IMG/VR virus record: IMGVR_UViG_2681813263_000015
Strand: one strand, 5' to 3'
Length of the DNA stretch: 4,580 nucleotides
Source: a virus
Lineage: Duplodnaviria; Heunggongvirae; Uroviricota; Caudoviricetes
The position numbers and the translations under genes were made by a program. Numbering within the stretch: the first letter of the stretch is position 1; each line of letters begins with the position of its first letter. The notes below the pieces were generated by a model. That model worked only from the letters and a program-made list of their open reading frames with translations. It was not told the DNA's origin and ran no database searches. Below, piece by piece: positions 1 to 4,580 of the stretch.

Positions 1-176
1 AAACACTATCAATAAGTTGGAGTCATTACCCCAATTTTTTACGTACGTAAACCACTAAATGATATTTGCGAGAATGCTACCGAAAACTTACATCTTGAAA
101 TAATCACATTGATTAGATGAATATTTATCGCGCAGTGACATCATTTTTTAATAATAGTTCAAAAAAAGGGCTCACG

Positions 177-1259
177 ATGAAAAAATTAACAGTGGCAATT
201 TCTGCTGTAGCTGCATCAGTACTGATGGCGATGTCTGCTCAGGCAGCTGAAATTTATAATAAAGACAGTAACAAGCTGGATCTGTACGGGAAAGTTAATG
301 CTAAGCACTACTTCTCCTCTAATGATGCAGATGATGGTGATACTACTTATGCCCGTCTTGGCTTCAAAGGTGAAACCCAAATCAACGATCAACTGACTGG
401 TTTCGGTCAGTGGGAATATGAATTCAAAGGCAACCGCGCTGAATCTCAAGGTTCCTCCAAAGATAAAACCCGTCTTGCCTTCGCTGGCCTGAAATTCGGT
501 GACTACGGCTCCATCGATTACGGCCGTAACTACGGTGTAGCATACGACATCGGTGCGTGGACTGACGTCCTGCCAGAATTCGGTGGTGACACTTGGACTC
601 AAACAGATGTGTTCATGACTGGTCGCACCACTGGTGTTGCAACTTATCGTAACAACGACTTCTTTGGTCTGGTTGATGGTCTGAACTTTGCTGCTCAGTA
701 TCAGGGTAAAAATGACCGCACTGACGTAACTGAAGCTAATGGTGATGGTTTCGGTTTCTCCACTACTTATGAGTATGAAGGATTCGGTGTAGGTGCAACC
801 TATGCTAAATCTGACCGCACTAATAATCAGGTTATCTACGGTAACAACAGCCTGAATGCATCTGGTCAAAATGCTGAAGTATGGGCAGCTGGTCTGAAAT
901 ATGATGCGAACAACATCTATCTGGCTACCACCTATTCTGAAACCCAGAACATGACTGTTTTTGGTAATAACCATATTGCCAACAAAGCACAAAACTTCGA
1001 AGTAGTTGCACAATATCAGTTCGACTTCGGTCTGCGTCCGTCCGTTGCTTACCTGCAATCTAAAGGAAAAGACTTGGGTGCGTGGGGTGATCAGGACCTG
1101 GTTGAATATATTGATGTAGGTGCAACCTATTACTTCAACAAAAATATGTCCACTTTTGTTGATTACAAAATCAACCTGATTGATAAGAGCGATTTCACGA
1201 AAGCATCTGGCGTTGCTACCGATGATATCGTTGCTGTAGGTATGGTTTACCAGTTCTAA
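177..1259 (+). CDS. nmpC: Outer membrane general porin, NmpC/OmpD family (360-aa precursor)
   Basis: The ORF track gives 117-1259; I place the start at ATG 177 ([29 protein letters not shown]), preceded by AAGGG 6 nt upstream. It has a classic Sec signal peptide with AQA-A cleavage motif, a Gly/Tyr/Asn/Asp-rich beta-barrel composition and the porin C-terminal signature ...VGMVYQF ending in Phe. The sequence is near-identical, from memory, to E. coli NmpC / Salmonella OmpD. Confidence 0.9.
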   Translation: MKKLTVAISAVAASVLMAMSAQAAEIYNKDSNKLDLYGKVNAKHYFSSNDADDGDTTYARLGFKGETQINDQLTGFGQWEYEFKGNRAESQGSSKDKTRLAFAGLKFGDYGSIDYGRNYGVAYDIGAWTDVLPEFGGDTWTQTDVFMTGRTTGVATYRNNDFFGLVDGLNFAAQYQGKNDRTDVTEANGDGFGFSTTYEYEGFGVGATYAKSDRTNNQVIYGNNSLNASGQNAEVWAAGLKYDANNIYLATTYSETQNMTVFGNNHIANKAQNFEVVAQYQFDFGLRPSVAYLQSKGKDLGAWGDQDLVEYIDVGATYYFNKNMSTFVDYKINLIDKSDFTKASGVATDDIVAVGMVYQF

Positions 1260-1274
1260 TTTGATTACTAAAAG

Positions 1275-1308
1275 ATATGTTGCGGGAGGCTTTGCCTCCC
1301 CAACATAT
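1275..1308. repeat. Imperfect inverted repeat / stem-loop 16 nt after the porin stop codon
   Basis: ATATGTTGCGGGAGGC-tttg-CCTCCCCAACATAT: about 15 bp of complementarity with one bulged C. No U-tract is visible in the 5 nt before the N run begins, so terminator function is unproven. Confidence 0.4.
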
Positions 1309-1313
1309 AAGTG

Positions 1314-1346
1314 NNNNNNNNNNNNNNNNNNNNNNNNNNNNNNNNN
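1314..1346. other. Run of 33 N (masked or unresolved sequence)
   Basis: Directly visible in the sequence. Confidence 1.
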
Positions 1347-1427
1347 CTCCCTCAAGCCACTTCCTTTAGGAGCACAACCTTGCTTCTAACTATATAAACC
1401 TTCTGTTATATATTACCCTTTATTTTT

Positions 1428-1452
1428 GGGGGCGTTGCAACGCCCCATTTTT
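1428..1452 (+). terminator. Rho-independent terminator, plus-strand orientation
   Basis: GGGGCGTT-GCAA-CGCCCC is a perfect GC-rich stem, followed on the plus strand by ATTTTTAATAATTTTT. On the minus strand the stem is followed by CAAAAATAAA, so it is not an efficient terminator in that direction. Most likely terminates the porin transcript. Confidence 0.7.
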
Positions 1453-1476
1453 AATAATTTTTAGTAAACAATTGGC

Positions 1477-1621
1477 NNNNNNNNNNNNNNNNNNNNNNNN
1501 NNNNNNNNNNNNNNNNNNNNNNNNNNNNNNNNNNNNNNNNNNNNNNNNNNNNNNNNNNNNNNNNNNNNNNNNNNNNNNNNNNNNNNNNNNNNNNNNNNNN
1601 NNNNNNNNNNNNNNNNNNNNN
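1477..1621. other. Run of 145 N (masked or unresolved sequence) covering the 3' end of the Q gene
   Basis: Directly visible. The X residues in the 1461-1901 track ORF are translated N. Confidence 1.
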
Positions 1622-1886
1622 AATGCTTACCTGCCAGTGACATGAATGTCATACCGACTACATAATAATCTACTAATAAATCGTGCAAATCGCTGTTGTT
1701 CTTTTTCAGACGGGCCATGCACCCGCAAATAATCATCGCGTCATCGTCACAACATTGCGGGCGAGATTTTACTTTTGAAGTAATTAATCCCTTAAAACCG
1801 GCGGCAATGGACGACCAGGTCACATCTTCATGATTATTAGCCGCCCACGCTCCCCAACGCTCAAGAACCATCTGAATATCACGCAT
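1503..1886 (-). CDS. quuD: Phage late-gene antiterminator Q (Q82/QuuD type); 3' end masked
   Basis: 88 residues are readable: [88 protein letters not shown]. This matches my recollection of K-12 QuuD (YbcQ), including the Cys-rich region. The start is ATG at 1886 with GGAG 7 nt upstream; the track's TTG at 1901 is an over-extension. The end coordinate 1503 is inferred from a remembered length of about 127 aa and lies inside the N run; only 1622-1886 is actually observed. Confidence 0.7.
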
Positions 1887-1971
1887 CAACTTACTCCACA
1901 AAAATCAGACCAGAACGCCAATTACAAGCAAAAATCAACAAAACAGTATTAGTTGATTGTTATCTCTGACT

Positions 1972-2112
1972 TCATACTCCTGCTCCTGTCAGGGTTTTGG
2001 CGTAATTCTTCAGTATTCGGTAATCGGTCAAAACAGAACCGGGGAAACGATATAAGCGCAGATGCCCCCAGCGGTGGCGAAGAAGTTCTGCCATATAAAA
2101 CTCAAACATCAT
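1972..2112 (-). CDS. ylcG: Small DLP12-type protein YlcG-like (46 aa)
   Basis: Hand translation of the minus strand gives [46 protein letters not shown], then TGA. Its ATG overlaps the rusA stop (ATGA). It occupies the rusA-to-Q position held by ylcG in K-12 and has the same length as I recall. Too short for the ORF track. Confidence 0.6.
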   Translation of the reverse strand: MMFEFYMAELLRHRWGHLRLYRFPGSVLTDYRILKNYAKTLTGAGV

Positions 2113-2471
2113 TCATTCCCCATTTCGGTGATGGTCAGTTCCAGCCTCCCACCTTTGGTAACAGGCATCTTCACAACGCGGTAATCAACGACCTGAGCAT
2201 CATCCAGCCAGAAACCTGCTTTGGTGAGTGCGTCAAAAGCGGCTTTTTGCAGATTATCCAGGTCACGGCGACGGCGATCCGGCATGTGGCACTCAATACG
2301 GATTTTCACTGGCATAGCCAGGCCGATATCCAGCATTGCGTTTTTAATGATTCGGGTGACGTTATCGCGGTATGCCTGCCCTTCTGCGCTGATGTGTGTG
2401 CGCCCGCGATTATGGCGGTAATAGCGGTTATTGCTCGGAGGCCAGGGTAATGTGATGCTGTAGGTATTCAC
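2109..2471 (-). CDS. rusA: Holliday junction resolvase RusA (crossover junction endodeoxyribonuclease), 120 aa
   Basis: The full-length protein [26 protein letters not shown]...[11 protein letters not shown] matches E. coli RusA from memory. It has a GTG start codon that overlaps the ybcO stop (GTGA). Confidence 0.92.
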   Translation of the reverse strand: MNTYSITLPWPPSNNRYYRHNRGRTHISAEGQAYRDNVTRIIKNAMLDIGLAMPVKIRIECHMPDRRRRDLDNLQKAAFDALTKAGFWLDDAQVVDYRVVKMPVTKGGRLELTITEMGNE

Positions 2472-2758
2472 GCCTTAATAACCCCCTCTTTCAGCCAGAT
2501 AACCTGCGTTCTCGCCATACCTTCCAGCGCGCATTCTTTTGCATACTCAGCATCGACAAAATATGTGCGGCGGTCGATTTCGTCGTGACAGGCAGAACAT
2601 GCAATGGTGGCAATCAGGTCTGGCGGTTTGATACCGGTACCGCACAATCCAGCCAGCCGGATATGTGCCAGTACTGACGTTTCAGGATTGCCATTACATA
2701 CGCCAGGGATTCTTACCTGGCATTCCCGACCACGCGCTGCTTTTCTCAAATCAGCCAT
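2468..2758 (-). CDS. ybcO: YbcO-like nin-region protein (DUF1364-type putative nuclease, Cys-rich), 96 aa
   Basis: The track ORF is 2468-2797; I place the start at ATG 2758 ([23 protein letters not shown]...), which gives 96 aa and has a strong AGGAGG 4 nt upstream. Conserved Cys/His residues (CQ..C...H...C..CH) suggest metal binding. Matches K-12 YbcO from memory. Confidence 0.85.
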   Translation of the reverse strand: MADLRKAARGRECQVRIPGVCNGNPETSVLAHIRLAGLCGTGIKPPDLIATIACSACHDEIDRRTYFVDAEYAKECALEGMARTQVIWLKEGVIKA

Positions 2759-2921
2759 GATTCCTCCTTGCTGCCAGTCGCAACCATTTTTTATCAACCA
2801 GGCTAGCGGTATATCCGAGCAGTGTTGGTATTTCGGATGGCTTCAGCTCAGGCTTACGCTTACGACGATTTGATACTCTGTAGATGTGCCCGTTCATGAC
2901 ACGAATAAGCGGTGTAGCCAT
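2751..2921 (-). CDS. ninE: NinE-like protein (56 aa)
   Basis: Hand translation gives [56 protein letters not shown], then TGA. Its ATG overlaps the ybcN stop (TAATG) and its 3' end overlaps the ybcO start by 8 nt. AGGAGG lies upstream. Position and length match DLP12 ninE. Not in the ORF track. Confidence 0.75.
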   Translation of the reverse strand: MATPLIRVMNGHIYRVSNRRKRKPELKPSEIPTLLGYTASLVDKKWLRLAARRNHG

Positions 2922-3376
2922 TACGCCTCCTGCTTATCGCGCAGCTGCTGGTATTCACAGCTCTGCGGAATTGTCAGGTGGCAGCCGATATTCATCGCCC
3001 AGGCTTCGACTTTGCACAGGAAGATGTACATCTCGCCGGTTTCCAGCTCTGACGTATGGCGGAGGGATTGGACGGTGGTGACCTCGCCGGACACGACATC
3101 TACACGGTCTTTGCTTTCGTAGCCGAGATAGGTGTGCTTCATCGCGTCTTTGACCCACTCAGGCGTAGCGAAGGTCTTGCCGCGGGCGATGAGATATTCG
3201 CTGATCTCCGTGTACCACATGTGGCTGAGCGCGTTCTGCGACAGGCTGCGCTTCTCGCGCCACGGCTTAACCTGCAGGCGTAAGCATTGCCCGGCATCCA
3301 GCAATGGCTGAATCTGCTGGCCGATGGCCGCGAAGTTACCGCGATGGAGTTTGATGCCGTCTACTGGCAGAGTCAT
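2921..3376 (-). CDS. ybcN: YbcN / NinB-family protein (151 aa)
   Basis: The full ORF MTLPVDGIKLHRGNF...EYQQLRDKQEA has GGGAGG 4 nt upstream of the ATG. It contains a KRSLSQN motif resembling the RSLDQN motif of lambda NinB (Orf-family recombination mediator). Matches K-12 YbcN from memory. Confidence 0.85.
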   Translation of the reverse strand: MTLPVDGIKLHRGNFAAIGQQIQPLLDAGQCLRLQVKPWREKRSLSQNALSHMWYTEISEYLIARGKTFATPEWVKDAMKHTYLGYESKDRVDVVSGEVTTVQSLRHTSELETGEMYIFLCKVEAWAMNIGCHLTIPQSCEYQQLRDKQEA

Positions 3377-3468
3377 ACGGCCTCCCTAACGGAAACCGCA
3401 GAATGCAGAAAATCGCAGGTGCATTTCTGCATCTGTGACAAGGTGATGAGTTCAGATTGTGGTCGCAT
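3373..3468 (-). CDS. Small ORF (31 aa), ylcH-like, translationally coupled to ybcN
   Basis: Hand translation gives MRPQSELITLSQMQKCTCDFLHSAVSVREAV, then TGA. The stop overlaps the ybcN ATG (ATGA) and AGGGGA lies 6 nt upstream of the ATG. It occupies the position of ylcH in K-12. Identity to ylcH is not verified, and a short ORF could arise by chance. Confidence 0.4.
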   Translation of the reverse strand: MRPQSELITLSQMQKCTCDFLHSAVSVREAV

Positions 3469-3487
3469 TTAAGTCCCCTTAAATGCG
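3464..3487. repeat. Perfect 10-bp palindrome with 4-nt spacer
   Basis: CGCATTTAAG-tccc-CTTAAATGCG. On the minus-strand RNA it would place the putative SD (GGGA) of the ylcH-like ORF in the loop and its AUG in the stem. It lies at the junction between the phage block and the AT-rich cassette. Confidence 0.5.
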
Positions 3488-3560
3488 CAGAAGTCACCGG
3501 AGTTGTTCAGGCTCCGATGAGAGGATTATGGCGGATTGATTACGATAAATCAAAACTATC

Positions 3561-3604
3561 TTGAAGCCAAAACAGTGATCTTCGCTTTAAAAACCTTGTA
3601 TACT
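3561..3604 (+). promoter_or_regulatory. Candidate sigma70 promoter region for the AT-rich cassette
   Basis: A -10-like TATACT at 3599-3604 (immediately preceded by TG) lies about 36 nt upstream of ATG 3641. A -35-like TTGAAG at 3561-3566 is present but not at canonical spacing to that -10. AT-rich surroundings; weak call. Confidence 0.25.
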
Positions 3605-3640
3605 TTCACCTAATCACAGCCAGAACTATGGATCTAACCA

Positions 3641-4018
3641 ATGACCAACAAAGAAAACAAAGATAAATATATTAACAAGTTCAAGAAAGAGCTTTCAAAA
3701 TATATACAACCAACTGCTGGAGTGGACATTCAATTATTTAACTCTAAGGATGGTGGTGGTGTAATTAAAGCCACTTTGAATAGAAGTGGAAAAAGAAAAT
3801 CATCTATTGCTGGTAATTTTACTAAATTAGGTGAGGCAATTACCTCGAGTGGGCAGAGGGTTTTTGGTGGTGATCTATCAAATGTGAATTTTTACGGAAC
3901 AAATACGATTTTTGATGGAGATACAATATTTTTAATTAAATCACCTGATTCAGAGGAGTGGTCATCACAAAAAGCTTCCAAAGACGTAGAGGGCATCGTA
4001 TTTGGAGGGAAAAAATGA
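3641..4018 (+). CDS. Hypothetical small soluble protein (125 aa), Gly/Lys/Ser-rich, no recognised domain
   Basis: Clean ORF with an in-frame stop immediately upstream (TAA at 3635-3637): MTNKENKDKYINKFKKELSKYIQPTAGVDIQLFNSKDGGGVIKATLNRSGKRK...GIVFGGKK. There is no signal peptide or TM segment and only a weak SD (GGAT). Composition is AT-rich relative to the flanking phage genes. Its stop overlaps the start of the next gene. Confidence 0.6.
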   Translation: MTNKENKDKYINKFKKELSKYIQPTAGVDIQLFNSKDGGGVIKATLNRSGKRKSSIAGNFTKLGEAITSSGQRVFGGDLSNVNFYGTNTIFDGDTIFLIKSPDSEEWSSQKASKDVEGIVFGGKK

Positions 4019-4443
4019 TTAACATTACTACTAAGGATGGCACTCAAGTCAGTGGTGAAGTAAGAGATCTAGTAATTCTTCTTGAAACTGATGGAAAAAC
4101 GGTGTCTGATTATTTGCAGCCAATCCCTCCCAAAAAAGATACACACTGGAGCATGATTTTCATTCCGGTAGCAATTTATATACTACTTAATCTTGTATAC
4201 ATTATTGCTCACCCATTATTTCCTGAAAAATATCTAAAAACATCAACATCTATATTTCTATTCATTTCCTTCATATTAAGTGCAATAGTAGCATATTTTG
4301 TTTTCCATAAGCATAAATCTGCCACTCTATCCATATGCAGCTTAGTGTTCTTAGTGTTAATTGTAGGTGCTAACGTAGGGTTTATCAGTTACAGCGACCT
4401 AACACAAAAAGCGACGCAAAAATTAGATAGTTTGTCTAAATAA
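4015..4443 (+). CDS. Hypothetical small membrane protein (142 aa): soluble N-terminal region of about 45 aa plus three predicted TM helices
   Basis: The track ORF is 3958-4443; I place the start at ATG 4015 (MINITTKDGTQVSGEV...), preceded by GGAGGG at 4005-4010 and overlapping the upstream stop (ATGA). Hydrophobic stretches at about residues 46-67, 78-98 and 104-125 are separated by short charged loops (EKYLK, HKHK). KK before TM1 suggests an N-in topology. Confidence 0.65.
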   Translation: MINITTKDGTQVSGEVRDLVILLETDGKTVSDYLQPIPPKKDTHWSMIFIPVAIYILLNLVYIIAHPLFPEKYLKTSTSIFLFISFILSAIVAYFVFHKHKSATLSICSLVFLVLIVGANVGFISYSDLTQKATQKLDSLSK

Positions 4444-4450
4444 TTATGTT

Positions 4451-4471
4451 GCCATGCGAAGTATGCATGGC
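4451..4471 (+). terminator. Stem-loop downstream of the cassette (possible weak terminator)
   Basis: GCCATGC-gaagtat-GCATGGC is a perfect 7-bp stem starting 8 nt after the stop codon. The following sequence (TGCATGTCTGCCTTCCATTT) is only moderately U-rich, so this is not a canonical intrinsic terminator. Confidence 0.3.
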
Positions 4472-4580
4472 TGCATGTCTGCCTTCCATTTAAAATGGGC
4501 TAAGACCTATAACCCTAAATATTATTCTTTATTATCTTCTTTACCACTTCGGTGATGCTGCCAACTTACTGATTTAGTGT

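Larger units (their letters stand above)
1..3530 (-). mobile_element. Segment of a lambdoid (DLP12-like) prophage: nin region and Q late-regulatory block, with an oppositely oriented porin gene
   Basis: Gene order ylcH-like, ybcN, ninE, ybcO, rusA, ylcG, quuD on the minus strand, then a convergent porin gene, matches the E. coli K-12 DLP12 arrangement as I recall it. The genes are linked by start/stop overlaps, typical of phage early-right operons. The right boundary is placed where composition turns AT-rich (about 3530-3545); the left boundary is beyond the window. Confidence 0.75.

Noticed and set aside
41-50. ACGTACGT palindrome upstream of the porin gene
   Set aside because: A short (8-bp) self-complementary tetranucleotide repeat is expected by chance in 4.5 kb and has no flanking promoter context that I can define.
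117-176. N-terminal extension of the porin ORF ([20 protein letters not shown]) given by the ORF track
   Set aside because: The canonical signal peptide begins at MKKLTV (ATG 177), which has an SD-like AAGGG upstream; the extension would bury the signal peptide.
216-1355. 379-aa minus-strand ORF antisense to the porin gene
   Set aside because: It runs entirely antisense to a confidently identified porin CDS and reads through the N run (the X residues). The protein is low-complexity with no recognisable features, so it is an antisense artefact.
1428-1452. Possibility that the GC-rich hairpin is the phage tR' terminator for minus-strand late transcription
   Set aside because: On the minus strand the stem is followed by CAAAAATAAA, not a U-tract, so it is oriented for plus-strand termination.
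3402-3432. Inverted repeat AATGCAGAAA ... TTTCTGCAT
   Set aside because: It lies inside the coding region of the ylcH-like ORF and is short and AT-rich, so it is most likely coincidental or a minor mRNA structure; no independent support.
1953-3472. Plus-strand ORFs 1953-2450, 2221-2421, 2604-2873, 2884-3081, 2886-3122, 3056-3283, 3287-3472 and minus-strand 2955-3158
   Set aside because: All overlap, in antisense or alternative frame, the recognisable ylcG/rusA/ybcO/ninE/ybcN genes. Their translations are Arg/Cys/Ser-rich, typical of out-of-frame reading of GC-rich coding DNA.
3641-3724. Double-glycine-leader bacteriocin or microcin interpretation of the 125-aa protein (…KELSKYIQPTAG/VDI…)
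   Set aside because: The match to the double-glycine leader consensus is poor (Pro at -4; AG rather than GG/GA in a weak context). The mature part would be about 98 aa, large for a microcin, and no ABC exporter or accessory gene is visible. Kept only as a remote possibility.
3958-4014. N-terminal extension of the membrane-protein ORF (MVITKSFQRRRGHRIWREK)
   Set aside because: It overlaps the upstream gene by 61 nt in another frame and has no RBS. ATG 4015 has a strong GGAGGG SD and the classic ATGA coupling overlap.
1-4580. CRISPR arrays, tRNA or rRNA genes, IS elements or integrase att sites
   Set aside because: There are no direct-repeat arrays, no cloverleaf-compatible segments or conserved tRNA motifs that I could see, and no terminal inverted repeats flanking a transposase-sized ORF. 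The N-masked intervals cannot be assessed.

Overview
The window is a segment of a lambdoid, DLP12-like prophage (Enterobacteriaceae, most likely E. coli), followed by an AT-rich two-gene cassette that I cannot assign to any known family. Positions 177-1259 (+) encode an intact NmpC/OmpD-family porin with a signal peptide and C-terminal Phe. Positions 1503-3468 (-) carry a tightly packed, translationally coupled block in the order ylcH-like, ybcN (NinB family), ninE, ybcO, rusA, ylcG, quuD (Q antiterminator). Three of these (ylcH-like, ninE, ylcG) are too short for the supplied ORF track and were found by hand translation. The 3' end of quuD lies inside a 145-nt run of N, and a second 33-nt N run sits downstream of the porin. 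From about 3535 to the window end the composition drops sharply (hand counts on 60-nt samples: about 28-35% G+C versus about 55% in rusA). This stretch carries two overlapping plus-strand genes, diverging from the phage block: a 125-aa Gly/Lys/Ser-rich soluble protein (3641-4018) and a 142-aa protein with a soluble N-terminus and three predicted transmembrane helices (4015-4443). The cassette sits where K-12 DLP12 carries the unrelated ybcL/ybcM morons, so it is the best candidate for an undescribed prophage accessory system (defence/exclusion or toxin-immunity); function is inference only. All protein identifications are from memory of the K-12 DLP12 proteins and motif reading; no database search was possible.
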